NCBI GenBank assembly: GCA_023267855.1
Contig: JALNLN010000001.1
Span: forward strand, 23,620-87,619
Source: Candidatus Geocrenenecus dongiae
GTDB taxonomy: Archaea > Thermoproteota > Nitrososphaeria_A > Caldarchaeales > Wolframiiraptoraceae
Reading direction: 5' to 3'
DNA: 64,000 nucleotides
In this document: in pieces, positions 28,599 through 37,754 of the stretch
Position numbering within the stretch: the first letter of the stretch is position 1
Layout of the letters: each line of letters starts with the position of its first letter
Translations under genes and position numbers: made by a program
Notes under the pieces: model-generated
The model's database searches: none
Told to the model about the DNA's origin: nothing
The model's input: the letters and a program-made list of their open reading frames with translations, nothing else

Positions 28599-28627
28599 CG
28601 TCTTACAAACTTTTATAGATAGTCTCT

Positions 28628-28816
28628 TTAAGTGATGAGCGCTATGAGACTGAAGATTGCGATAAACCCTAGTAGAAATATTGTGATAATGTTTAGTAAG
28701 GGATAGACCCATTCGATAGTTGAGACTAGATAGAGAAAGTAGACAGATAGACAGAAAACAATACCACACAGTATCTTGAGAATAATATTTACGAAACTCT
28801 GAACTCTAGCACCCAT
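28628..28816 (-). CDS. Small hypothetical membrane protein (2 predicted TM helices)
   Basis: It is a 62-aa hydrophobic ORF tail-to-tail with trxB. The only support is ORF length and hydrophobicity. Confidence 0.25.
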   Translation of the reverse strand: MGARVQSFVNIILKILCGIVFCLSVYFLYLVSTIEWVYPLLNIITIFLLGFIAIFSLIALIT

Positions 28817-28907
28817 CTATATCAACCAAAAAGAAAAGAAAACCACAACCTATTAAACCCAAGCACCACATTTCCTAAAATTTTAAGAAAAAGGTTTAAT
28901 TATAACC

Positions 28908-29030
28908 ATGAACAAAAATATCATCAAGCTCCAGAGGCAGAGAATTATGGATAAAAATACCAAGACATTAAAGAAAGCAACAACATTCTTTTACAGCTTC
29001 TGGAGCTATAGGTATTTTACCCTAGCCTAA
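28908..29030 (+). CDS. Candidate leader peptide (40 aa) with an aromatic-rich C-terminus, upstream of the lysC-asd-aro operon
   Basis: The ATG at 28908 lies about 22-31 nt downstream of an AT-rich TATA-like element (TAAAATTTTA 28877-28886). It translates to MNKNIIKLQRQRIMDKNTKTLKKATTFFYSFWSYRYFTLA, with 8 of the last 14 codons being Phe/Tyr/Trp. Its stop codon lies inside the loop of a GC-rich hairpin. Confidence 0.35.
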   Translation: MNKNIIKLQRQRIMDKNTKTLKKATTFFYSFWSYRYFTLA

Positions 29031-29064
29031 AGGGCTAGGGTGTAAGTCTTTTATATTTTTCTGT
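29019..29064 (+). promoter_or_regulatory. GC-rich hairpin (9-bp stem, ACCCTAGCC/GGCTAGGGT) followed by a T-rich tract, a terminator/attenuator-like element in the lysC-aro leader
   Basis: The stem arms are 29019-29027 and 29033-29041 with loop UAAAG. A T-rich run TCTTTTATATTTTTCTGTT spans 29046-29064. A 12-bp long-range helix AGCUCCAGAGGC (28927-28938) : GCUUCUGGAGCU (28996-29007) lies just upstream. Confidence 0.4.
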
Positions 29065-29080
29065 TGGGGTGTGTTTTTGC

Positions 29081-30307
29081 ATGTCTGGGGTTATAGTTGT
29101 AAAGTTTGGAGGATCTGTTTTGAAAGATCTATCAGCTATTGAGGAAGCTGCTTCGTGGGTAAAGAAGTTGCTTGCTGGCGGCTATAAAATAGTTGTTGTT
29201 GTTTCTGCGATGAAGGGGGTTACTGATGAACTTGTAAATACAGCTAAGATGTTGGCTGGGAATCCTGATCCAGAGTTGATGGATGAAATTCTCTCGATGG
29301 GTGAGAGGATAAGTGCGAGACTCTTTACACTAGCTTTAAGAGAACATGGTGTAAACGCTATGTTTATAGATCCAGCAGACGATTACTGGCCTATAATAAC
29401 AGACTCCAACCATCTAGATGCAGAACCATTATACATTGAAACAAAGAAGAATGTAAAAGAAAAGATAGTTCCATTATTGGAGAGAGGAGTAGTTCCAGTG
29501 GTATGTGGATTCATAGGTGTTACGGTTGATAGGAAGATAACTACGCTTGGAAGAGGGGGAAGCGATACGACCGCCGTCTTGATAGCTAACTGTCTAGAAG
29601 CGGAAGAAGTAGTACTTGTTAAAGATGTTCCAGGAGTTTTCTCAGCAGATCCAGACATAGTTGGAGATTCAGCTAAGATACTGAGTGAACTAGATTTCAG
29701 AGAAGCTCAGGCATTAGTGAAAGGTGGGGCGAAAATAATCCATACGAAAGCTTTGAGATACCTCGATAGAAAGCTCAAACTTAGAATTGCAAGCATGGAA
29801 GAACTTGCAGCCAATGGTGGAACAGTAATTAGAGGATACGATCCAGAGATCGAGGTAAAAACCTCTCCAGTTAGAATAACCATGGTCACGATAATCAGAG
29901 AAGATCTTGACAGTACGGATGTTCTCGAAAAGATCATGAAGCTACTAAAAAAGAGAGATGTAAAAGTACTTGCAGTAACTTGTGAAGAGAAAGCATTGAT
30001 ACTATACTTAGAAGAGAGGGAGGGGATAATTGTAGATGTACATTCATGTTTGGTGAATGAGAGGTTAGGGAAAGCGGTAAGCTTCTACCAAGACCTAGCG
30101 ATGATCACTGTCTCAGGTAGGATGCTTGAGACAAGTCCAGGTATAATACATAAGATTACGAAACCCTTAGCGGAAAACAACATAAACCTCTACGGGCTGA
30201 TAACGATCTCATCGTCTATTAAATTAATTGTATCTAGCTCGGTATTAGAGAAGGCTAGAGAACTACTTGTAAAAATGTTGAGAGAAGAGGTGGAGGTGGT
30301 TACATGA
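29081..30307 (+). CDS. lysC: Aspartate kinase
   Basis: It has VVKFGGSVL and the amino-acid kinase fold, and the C-terminal regulatory region is consistent with ACT domains. A GGGTG Shine-Dalgarno-like sequence lies 10 nt upstream of the ATG at 29081. The track start at 29069 is less likely. Confidence 0.85.
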   Translation: MSGVIVVKFGGSVLKDLSAIEEAASWVKKLLAGGYKIVVVVSAMKGVTDELVNTAKMLAGNPDPELMDEILSMGERISARLFTLALREHGVNAMFIDPADDYWPIITDSNHLDAEPLYIETKKNVKEKIVPLLERGVVPVVCGFIGVTVDRKITTLGRGGSDTTAVLIANCLEAEEVVLVKDVPGVFSADPDIVGDSAKILSELDFREAQALVKGGAKIIHTKALRYLDRKLKLRIASMEELAANGGTVIRGYDPEIEVKTSPVRITMVTIIREDLDSTDVLEKIMKLLKKRDVKVLAVTCEEKALILYLEEREGIIVDVHSCLVNERLGKAVSFYQDLAMITVSGRMLETSPGIIHKITKPLAENNINLYGLITISSSIKLIVSSSVLEKARELLVKMLREEVEVVT

Positions 30308-31356
30308 AGAATTTGAAGATAGCTCTACTTGGAGCAACTGGGATGGTTGGAGTAGAATACATAGAATTTCTACATAGACATCCATGGTTTAAGATATCAA
30401 ATCTATGTGGTAAGAAGAGTGTAGGAAAGAAGTATGGAGAAGCAGTTAAAGCTTTAAAGAATATTCCTAAGGAAGTAGCAGAGATAGAGGTTGTTGAACC
30501 TGATCCGAAGAAGATTGATGCGGATCTCGTGCTCTCAGCTCTACCTTCGGAAGCTGCGAGAGAAATAGAGAAACAATTTGTAGAAAACGGCTACCCAGTT
30601 GTAAGCGAGGCTTCAGCACATAGAATGGAGCCTGACGTACCTTTAATCATACCAGAAGTTAATCCAGATCACCTAGAACTCATAAATATGCAGAAGAAGA
30701 AAAGAAGAGATGGAGGCTTCATAGTAACTACTCCAAACTGTACAGCCGTAGGTCTAATAATGTCACTAAAACCACTACTAGACAATTTCGGTATAAGGAA
30801 GGTGGTAGTCGCAACATACCAAGCAATAACAGGCGCAGGATTTCCTGGAGTCCCATCCTACTCTATCTTAGGAAACATCATACCATATATCAAGAATGAG
30901 GAAGAAAAAGTTTCACAGGAAACTAAGAAGATTTTAGGTAGACTTGAAAATGGAAGGATAAAGTATGCAGAATTCCCGGTTGAAGCATCTTGCGCAAGAG
31001 TCCCAACCATAGATGGACATCTAGAAGCGGTTTATATTGAAACGGAGAAAACTTTTGATCTCGATAGTGTGGTAGAGGGTTTTAGAAACTTTAAAGGTGA
31101 ACCGCAGACTCTAGGTTTACCTTCAGCTCCATCTGAACCTATAATCTTAACAGATCTCGAAGATAGACCTCAACCTAGACTAGATGTTATGGCCGGGTCT
31201 GTGCCTGGTATGAGTATAGTTATTGGAAGAATTAGACGTGGAGAATCTGAGAACTCTCTCAAATACTTCGTCTTAAGTCATAATAGAATTAGAGGTGCAG
31301 CAGGTATAGCTGTACTAACAGCAGAACTCATCTATAAGAAAGGATACATAGGGTGA
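30304..31356 (+). CDS. asd: Aspartate-semialdehyde dehydrogenase
   Basis: It has KIALLGATGMVG, and the catalytic Cys region NCTAVGL is present. It overlaps lysC with ATGA. Confidence 0.85.
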   Translation: MKNLKIALLGATGMVGVEYIEFLHRHPWFKISNLCGKKSVGKKYGEAVKALKNIPKEVAEIEVVEPDPKKIDADLVLSALPSEAAREIEKQFVENGYPVVSEASAHRMEPDVPLIIPEVNPDHLELINMQKKKRRDGGFIVTTPNCTAVGLIMSLKPLLDNFGIRKVVVATYQAITGAGFPGVPSYSILGNIIPYIKNEEEKVSQETKKILGRLENGRIKYAEFPVEASCARVPTIDGHLEAVYIETEKTFDLDSVVEGFRNFKGEPQTLGLPSAPSEPIILTDLEDRPQPRLDVMAGSVPGMSIVIGRIRRGESENSLKYFVLSHNRIRGAAGIAVLTAELIYKKGYIG

Positions 31357-31363
31357 TGTAAAG

Positions 31364-32155
31364 ATGGTTAAAGGTAAACAGGTTAGGATTTCCAGAATAA
31401 CTTGCATGGGGAAGATGGTGTGCGTACCTATGGATCATGGTGTAACTGTAGGTCCAATAAAAGGTCTAGATAATATCTATGAAACAATAAGGAAAGTGGA
31501 GAGAGGTGGAGCAACGGCAATACTAACACATAAAGGTATATTGAAGAATCTGGAATCAGTTCCAAGTCTAGGCTTAATCATACACTTATCTGCATCAACA
31601 AATCTCTCACCCAATCCTAACTGGAAAGTCAAGATAGGCACTCTCAAAGAAGCTATAAGACTTGGAGCAGACGCTGTCTCAGTACACATCAATATAGGTA
31701 ATAAGGATGAGCAGGACATGCTAGTAAAACTTGGGCTACTTGCAGATGAATGTGATGAATGGGGCATACCATTGATAGCTATGATGTATCCTCGTGGAGA
31801 GAACATTAAAGATCCAAACGATCCATACACAATAGCTCACATCGCTAGAATAGCCGCAGAACTCGGAGCAGATATAGTGAAAGTGCCTATGCCTTCATCT
31901 AACCCAGAAGATATAAAGATCATAACAAAGACCTGTCCAATACCGGTAGTTGCAGCAGGAGGACCGAAGATGGAGGATGATAAACAAGTACTACAGCTGG
32001 CTGAGGCTGTTGTTAGAGCTGGAGGAGCAGGAATAACTTTTGGTAGAAATGTCTTCCAACATGAAAGCCCAGAACTAATGGTGAAAGCATTGAGAGCAGT
32101 GGTTATAGAGAGGTTTTCGATAGAGAGAGCTTTAGAGATACTTAAAGGTGGATGA
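31364..32155 (+). CDS. aroA': 2-amino-3,7-dideoxy-D-threo-hept-6-ulosonate synthase (AroA'), a class I aldolase-like enzyme of the DhnA/archaeal FBA family
   Basis: The archaeal class I aldolase fold (MVCVPMDHG Schiff-base region) is present. The 263 aa length fits, and it sits immediately upstream of 3-dehydroquinate synthase II, which distinguishes it from glycolytic FBA. Confidence 0.7.
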   Translation: MVKGKQVRISRITCMGKMVCVPMDHGVTVGPIKGLDNIYETIRKVERGGATAILTHKGILKNLESVPSLGLIIHLSASTNLSPNPNWKVKIGTLKEAIRLGADAVSVHINIGNKDEQDMLVKLGLLADECDEWGIPLIAMMYPRGENIKDPNDPYTIAHIARIAAELGADIVKVPMPSSNPEDIKIITKTCPIPVVAAGGPKMEDDKQVLQLAEAVVRAGGAGITFGRNVFQHESPELMVKALRAVVIERFSIERALEILKGG

Positions 32156-33188
32156 GTTGGACAAGCAGGTGATAATCTACCCTGAAGAGGTTAGTAGAGA
32201 GTTAGTTCAAACAGCAGTCACGTACGGTATCAGAAACATCTATGCAAAGAACCAACTCCCAGAAGAACTAAGTATAGAACAACTCAACCTATACATAGAA
32301 GAACCAACTGGGCAGATAAAGATAGCTAGTAGAGAAGGTGTAGAAGAATCTATAAAGATAATTGTTAAGGAGCCTGAAGATATTGAGAAGATACTTTCGG
32401 CTGTCGAGAAAGGTTACAGAAAGATATTTGTTGATACGTATAGCTGGAAAATAATTCCTTTAGAAAATATTGTCGCTGAGCTTCAGAAAATGGATGTTAA
32501 ACTTTATGCTTACGGTTCAAATGTAGAAGAAGTTGAATCACTTTTAAATGTTTTAGAGAAAGGTGTAGATGGAGTAGTAGTAAAGATCAAGAAGACAGAC
32601 GAGATAGGTAGGCTCGCCGAGATCTTCAAACAGATAAGATTTCTAGATATTCTTGATGGAGAGGTTACTGAAGTAGAGAATATCGGTGTAGGAGACAGAG
32701 CATGTGTCGATACTGTCTCAATACTAGATCCAGGTGAAGGAATGCTTGTAGGCAATTTTAGTAGATTCTTCTTCCTAATCCACAATGAAGGAACTGGATC
32801 ACCATTTACTTCTCCTAGACCTTTTAGAGTAAATGCTGGGGCCGTACACTGTTACGTAATGATGGCCGATGGTACAACCAAGTATCTCTCAGAACTATCA
32901 GCTGGGATGCGTGTACTCGTAACTACTCTCAGAGGTAGAGCGAGACCAGTAACTATAGGTAGAGTTAAGATAGAGAGGAGACCGTTAAAGATTGTTAGAG
33001 CAAGAGTTGGAGAAGCTGAAGGCTCTGTAATACTACAAGATGCTGAAACAATACGTCTTGTATCTAAAGATGGCGAACAAATATCAGTAACAGAATTGAA
33101 TCCAGGAGAGAAGGTAAAAGTACATGTATCAGAACAGAAAGCAAGACACTTTGGGAAAGCTGTAGAAGAATTCATAATAGAACGTTGA
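32148..33188 (+). CDS. aroB': 3-dehydroquinate synthase II (archaeal-type, AroB')
   Basis: Strong family pattern: GDRACVDT.S.L..GEGMLVG..S...FL.H.E.......RPFRVNAG.VH.Y....DGTTKYLSEL.AG..VL......R...IGRVKIERRPL......A.G......ILQ.AETIRLV...GE.ISV..L.PG.KV.V. Confidence 0.85.
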   Translation: MDELDKQVIIYPEEVSRELVQTAVTYGIRNIYAKNQLPEELSIEQLNLYIEEPTGQIKIASREGVEESIKIIVKEPEDIEKILSAVEKGYRKIFVDTYSWKIIPLENIVAELQKMDVKLYAYGSNVEEVESLLNVLEKGVDGVVVKIKKTDEIGRLAEIFKQIRFLDILDGEVTEVENIGVGDRACVDTVSILDPGEGMLVGNFSRFFFLIHNEGTGSPFTSPRPFRVNAGAVHCYVMMADGTTKYLSELSAGMRVLVTTLRGRARPVTIGRVKIERRPLKIVRARVGEAEGSVILQDAETIRLVSKDGEQISVTELNPGEKVKVHVSEQKARHFGKAVEEFIIER

Positions 33189-33191
33189 GAA

Positions 33192-33872
33192 ATGAAGACG
33201 AAGATATGCGTAAGCGTTAAAGCTAGAACAGTAGAAGAGTTGGAAGATAAAGCATCTAAAGCTTTTAAACTTGGAGGAGATTTAGTGGAAGTTAGATTAG
33301 ACTATCTCGAAGACATATCTATACCGAAAATCTCAAATTTGTTTTCCAAGTATGCTGGTAAGATTATCGCAACTCTTAGACCAAGATGGGAAGGAGGAGT
33401 ATATGAAGGTGATGAAGAATCACGTCTCTCAATCCTCAAATCTATAGCTAGACTTAACCCTAAATTCATCGATATAGAGTATAATGTGGCTGAGAATCTG
33501 GATCTATCTTACTCAAATATAGGGAGAATAATTTCATGGCATAATTTTAACGAAACACCGTCTCTTGAAATTCTCTCCACGATTGTAGATAAATGTTTAG
33601 AGTTAGGCGATATAGTAAAGATAGTAACTATGGCGAAATCTCTGAAAGATTCTCTAAACGTTCTAAAATTGTATAATCTGTATCCTAGAGAGAAGCTCGT
33701 AGCTTTCAATATTGGAGAATATGGATTATTTTCAAGAATATTATCTGCTTCAGCAGGCTCACCTATAATCTACACATGTCTACCAGGAGAGGCTCTGGCA
33801 CCTGGACAACCTGTAGTTAGCGATGTGAAAGAAATACTTGAAGTACTAGGTGGTGGAGAAGTATGGAGATAA
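33192..33872 (+). CDS. aroD: 3-dehydroquinate dehydratase, type I
   Basis: Its size (226 aa), operon position and TIM-barrel type I DHQase-like N-terminus (KICVSVKARTVEEL) support the call. Confidence 0.7.
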   Translation: MKTKICVSVKARTVEELEDKASKAFKLGGDLVEVRLDYLEDISIPKISNLFSKYAGKIIATLRPRWEGGVYEGDEESRLSILKSIARLNPKFIDIEYNVAENLDLSYSNIGRIISWHNFNETPSLEILSTIVDKCLELGDIVKIVTMAKSLKDSLNVLKLYNLYPREKLVAFNIGEYGLFSRILSASAGSPIIYTCLPGEALAPGQPVVSDVKEILEVLGGGEVWR

Positions 33873-34726
33873 ATTCTAAGACTCGTCTATGTTGTCTGAT
33901 AGGTCATCCAGTTAAACACTCTATCTCACCTAACATACATAACACACTCTTCCAGAAACTAAACCTAAACTATGTTTACTTAGCATTCGACATAGATCCT
34001 AAAGATCTACGAAGTACTGTAAGAGGATTTAGAGCAATGAACGTTCTAGGATTCAATGTGACAATCCCCCACAAGATCAATGTTATCAAGTATCTAGACA
34101 AAATAGATTCTTCAGCAAAAGAATCAGGCTCAGTAAACACTGTAGTGAATAGAGGAGGAGAGCTGGTAGGATACAATACGGATATAGATGGGATTATCAA
34201 TAGTTTGAAAGACGTCGAGTACGATAATTGTGGAAGAGCATTAGTAATAGGTGCAGGTGGAGTAGCAAGAGCAGCTATAGTTGCTTTAAGAAATCTTGGG
34301 TTAGAAGATATAATAGTTTGTAATAGAAGATTGTGGAGAGCGGCTGCACTTGTTAGAAAATTTAGGAATGATCACTTGAAGATGAAGGCTATAAGTATAT
34401 CTGAAGCATCAAGATACTCTAGAAACGCATCAATAATAATAAACGCTACACCTATAGGAATGTGGCCGAATGTTGATGAAACACCTTTAAACTCACATGA
34501 AATATCTAGAAACGCTGTCGTCTTAGACCTAGTTTACAATCCTCTGAAAACTAAGTTGATAATTGAAGCAGAGAAAGCAGGTGCTAAAACCATTACGGGG
34601 CTTAAGCCTCTGATCGAACAAGCAGCAAAAGCTTTCATGCTCTGGACATCCATAGATCCTCCTAGAGAATTAATGTGGAGTGTTGCTGAAAAAACTCTCA
34701 AGGAGATTTTTAGAAATGAAGGTTGA
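33863..34726 (+). CDS. aroE: Shikimate dehydrogenase
   Basis: It has CCLIGHPVKHSISPNIHN (substrate-binding motif) and an NADP Rossmann fold (VIGAGGVARAA). Confidence 0.85.
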   Translation: MEINSKTRLCCLIGHPVKHSISPNIHNTLFQKLNLNYVYLAFDIDPKDLRSTVRGFRAMNVLGFNVTIPHKINVIKYLDKIDSSAKESGSVNTVVNRGGELVGYNTDIDGIINSLKDVEYDNCGRALVIGAGGVARAAIVALRNLGLEDIIVCNRRLWRAAALVRKFRNDHLKMKAISISEASRYSRNASIIINATPIGMWPNVDETPLNSHEISRNAVVLDLVYNPLKTKLIIEAEKAGAKTITGLKPLIEQAAKAFMLWTSIDPPRELMWSVAEKTLKEIFRNEG

Positions 34727-35588
34727 AGCAGTAGTACATGGGGCAGTGTCTATAGTAAACGCTATACCTCTAGGAATAGGATCTGCTCTAGGAGTAGACT
34801 TAACCACAAAAGCCATCGTAGAAGTAGAAGAATCAAAGATAGAAACAATCAACATAGACATATACGTAGAAGGTGAAGAAGATGTTGATAAAAGTTTAGC
34901 TGAGAATACTATAAGAGAATTGTTGAGGATAGCTAAGGGAACTTACAGAGTTGATGTTAAGATTTACTCAAATATACCTATCGCAAGAGGGTTGAAGAGT
35001 TCGAGTGCAGCTGCAGACGCAATCGTCTTAGCCGCTTCTAAAGCTCTAGATCTAGAGCTCTCTACAGACCAATTAGTAAACATGGCTGTAGATATATCAA
35101 TAAAGTCTGGGGTAACAGTAACGGGAGCTTACGATGATGCTTTAACATGTATGATAGGTGGGGTCAATATAACGGACAATCTGAAGAGGAAGATACTTGC
35201 GCACTGGGATCTGGATGAAGATATCTCAATAATAATAATGATTCCTCCAGAGAAGTTCTACACGAAAGAAGTAGATGTTGGAGCACTTAGATCTTTCTCA
35301 AACCTCTCTATGAGAGCTGTAGAACAAGCGTTAAACGGGAACATATGGGATGCAATGATAATAAACGGCCTAGTAGTTTCATCAGCATTAAACATAGACT
35401 ATACACCTGTTCTAAGAGCTTTAAAGAAGAAAGCTATCGCTGCTGGGATAAGTGGTAAGGGACCGTCCATAGTTGCAGTTACATATCCAGAGCATGAAGA
35501 AGAAGTTAAGAAAGAATTAGAGAGATTCGGTAGAGTCATCAGGGTTAAGCCTAACAATCGTGAAGCATATGTAAGAATATTAGATTAG
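34716..35588 (+). CDS. aroK: Shikimate kinase, archaeal GHMP-kinase type
   Basis: It has GHMP motif PIARGLKSSSAAADA. The likely start is the Met at 34716 (MKVEAVVHGAVSIVNAIPLG), 11 nt into the aroE 3' end. The track ORF begins at 34680. Confidence 0.8.
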   Translation: MKVEAVVHGAVSIVNAIPLGIGSALGVDLTTKAIVEVEESKIETINIDIYVEGEEDVDKSLAENTIRELLRIAKGTYRVDVKIYSNIPIARGLKSSSAAADAIVLAASKALDLELSTDQLVNMAVDISIKSGVTVTGAYDDALTCMIGGVNITDNLKRKILAHWDLDEDISIIIMIPPEKFYTKEVDVGALRSFSNLSMRAVEQALNGNIWDAMIINGLVVSSALNIDYTPVLRALKKKAIAAGISGKGPSIVAVTYPEHEEEVKKELERFGRVIRVKPNNREAYVRILD

Positions 35589-35615
35589 CTTTTAGAAAAG
35601 CTGTCGATAATCCAT

Positions 35616-36485
35616 TTACGATATGCTTAAGAATCTTCTAAAGATTTTATCTAAACCTACGTCGTACCCGTCCATCAACTTCTTCAGTATACTGAAAAAC
35701 TTCAATCCAACCTTCACTAGAATCTCGTCAATCTTTTCTGGATCTTCTTCAACAGTTATGTGTTCTCCTGGAGAGTATTCACTTACAACGTAGAGTATGC
35801 AGCCGACCAGAATCTTTATCTTCTTTCCCCTAGAAGCTTCATAAAAATCTCTTAGCAGACAGTATGTAGAGAACTCCATCTCGCTCGAGATAACACCCAT
35901 CTTTCTATAAGATTCAAGCCTAGCTTCTAGTAGTTTGCATCTAGGGGAGAATTCAGGTCTTTCCTTAAAGTATAGATCATCTTTAGTGTGTACTGGCCCC
36001 AGCCACAGATTCTTATTTAAACTGTATCCAAGTTCTTCTGCTGCGAGTACTAGTATTGGTAGAAGTTCAAAACTTGAGACAGCTGGATATTCTAATCCTA
36101 CTATAGATTCTGTTGAACCCTCATCTCTAACACATGATGTAGGTATATGTAGATGTCCAGCATGAACATGTTCTTGGAGGGATCCTGATGTACCTATCCT
36201 CAAAATTACCATGAAGTCTTCTTTAACAGATTCTATAATTTCTGGAAGTATTACCATACAGCTAGATGGACCCATACCAGTAGATACAGCAGAAATCTTC
36301 AATCCATCATATAATCCTTCTACTATAACATGACCTCTACGACCTACATACACCTTAGGGTTTAAAATAAATTCTGAAACTTTCTTGATTCTTCCAGCTG
36401 AACCTCCAGTCAAGATATAATTACTTAGCTCGCTGATTTCTAAATGATTCATCTTTCCAGAAGAGGTAGAAAACGTAATCTTCAT
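35616..36485 (-). CDS. PNP/UDP family 1 nucleoside phosphorylase (purine nucleoside/MTA/uridine phosphorylase-like)
   Basis: It has STGMGPSS (phosphate-binding) and RIGTSGSL motifs, plus a C-terminal extension of about 60 aa. Confidence 0.65.
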   Translation of the reverse strand: MKITFSTSSGKMNHLEISELSNYILTGGSAGRIKKVSEFILNPKVYVGRRGHVIVEGLYDGLKISAVSTGMGPSSCMVILPEIIESVKEDFMVILRIGTSGSLQEHVHAGHLHIPTSCVRDEGSTESIVGLEYPAVSSFELLPILVLAAEELGYSLNKNLWLGPVHTKDDLYFKERPEFSPRCKLLEARLESYRKMGVISSEMEFSTYCLLRDFYEASRGKKIKILVGCILYVVSEYSPGEHITVEEDPEKIDEILVKVGLKFFSILKKLMDGYDVGLDKIFRRFLSIS

Positions 36486-36520
36486 AGAGTAGAAGATGAT
36501 TTTGATATAGATTAAGATTT

Positions 36521-36790
36521 CTATTCTTTCTTCTCTGTTTCTAGCTCTTTCTCCAGTTCTTTCTCTATTTCTTCAATAGGTTTTGGAGGAGGAGTGGTTG
36601 CGAGTGTGTATCCAATCCATGCGATTAATGCAAGTAAACCAGTTACAGCAACAAAAGCTGTTAGCTTAAGTATTATTAGATCCCAGTTTGTGAAGAATAG
36701 AAGCCAGCTATACACAACTATCCCTACAAGCGAAACCAACAATATTGTAAAACCTAAGACTTGGTCTCTGCCCATTTTAACCACATCCAA
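36521..36790 (-). CDS. Small membrane protein with a K/E-rich C-terminus (hypothetical)
   Basis: It has two predicted TM helices followed by PPPKPIEEIEKELEKELETEKKE. It sits between two PNP paralogs on the same strand. Confidence 0.35.
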   Translation of the reverse strand: MDVVKMGRDQVLGFTILLVSLVGIVVYSWLLFFTNWDLIILKLTAFVAVTGLLALIAWIGYTLATTPPPKPIEEIEKELEKELETEKKE

Positions 36791-36847
36791 AATTAAGTAT
36801 AGAGTTAAATTTATCTCTTTTTTGTTTGCAATGTATACGAAGTTTTC

Positions 36848-37672
36848 CTATTTCTTAGTAAGAAGACTTGGATAAAAGTATTTTTTACCTTTCTTTTCTT
36901 TTAATTCTCTCCATTCTTCAAGAATCTTTACTGCTTCAATAGCTGTTTTTATTGCATCTTCTTCTCCCTTCACTTCAAAGGTGTCTTTAACACGGTTTGC
37001 AAATACAACACATACTGATCCTGCCTTCAAATTATATATCGCTGCTAGTGTAAAGATTGTAGAAGACTCCATATCGAAATTAAGAACTCTCATTTTCTGG
37101 AGATCTTCTAAGAGTTTTTCAGGATAACTCCACATGTATCCACCGTATCCAGGTCTACTCTGACCTAGATAGAAGCTGTCTGTGGTAGCTGTAACACCCA
37201 CATGGTATTTGAGGTTTAATGATTCAGCTGCTTCAATTAGAGCTAGAGTTACTTCGTAATCCGCGTATGCAGGATACCCGTCTATAACGTAGCTTTTACT
37301 AGTACCTTCAAGTCTTACAGCTGCAACCGAGATTACGAGATCTCCTACATCTATTTCAGGTTGTATGGCTCCTGTAGATCCTACTCTGATGAATGTTCTA
37401 GCACCGGCTCTCGCAAGTTCTTCTATTGCTATAGCTGTCGATGGTGACCCTATACCAGTTGAACACGCACATAAAGGTATACCTGAAGTCTTACCAACCC
37501 ATACTCTAAACTCTCGATGATAAGATAATTCTCTTCCCTCCTCTAAGAATCTAGCTATCTTTAAAACTCTATCAGGATCTCCTGGAATCAATGCGTATTC
37601 AGGTATCTCTCCAGGCTTAACTTTAACATGGTAAAACTCTCCTTCAATTGTTCTAGGCTCGGTAGCTTTCAT
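36848..37672 (-). CDS. PNP/UDP family 1 nucleoside phosphorylase (DeoD/Udp/MTAP-like)
   Basis: It has CSTGIGSPSTAIAIEEL, RVGSTGAI and ME motifs (FDMES), characteristic of hexameric PNP/UDP enzymes. Confidence 0.75.
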   Translation of the reverse strand: MKATEPRTIEGEFYHVKVKPGEIPEYALIPGDPDRVLKIARFLEEGRELSYHREFRVWVGKTSGIPLCACSTGIGSPSTAIAIEELARAGARTFIRVGSTGAIQPEIDVGDLVISVAAVRLEGTSKSYVIDGYPAYADYEVTLALIEAAESLNLKYHVGVTATTDSFYLGQSRPGYGGYMWSYPEKLLEDLQKMRVLNFDMESSTIFTLAAIYNLKAGSVCVVFANRVKDTFEVKGEEDAIKTAIEAVKILEEWRELKEKKGKKYFYPSLLTKK

Positions 37673-37754
37673 ACTTCTACATAATACTGTGCACTGTAAT
37701 AAAGTTTAAGAAAATAGTTAAAGTTATGTGATTGAAGTATTGTTTTAGAGGTTT

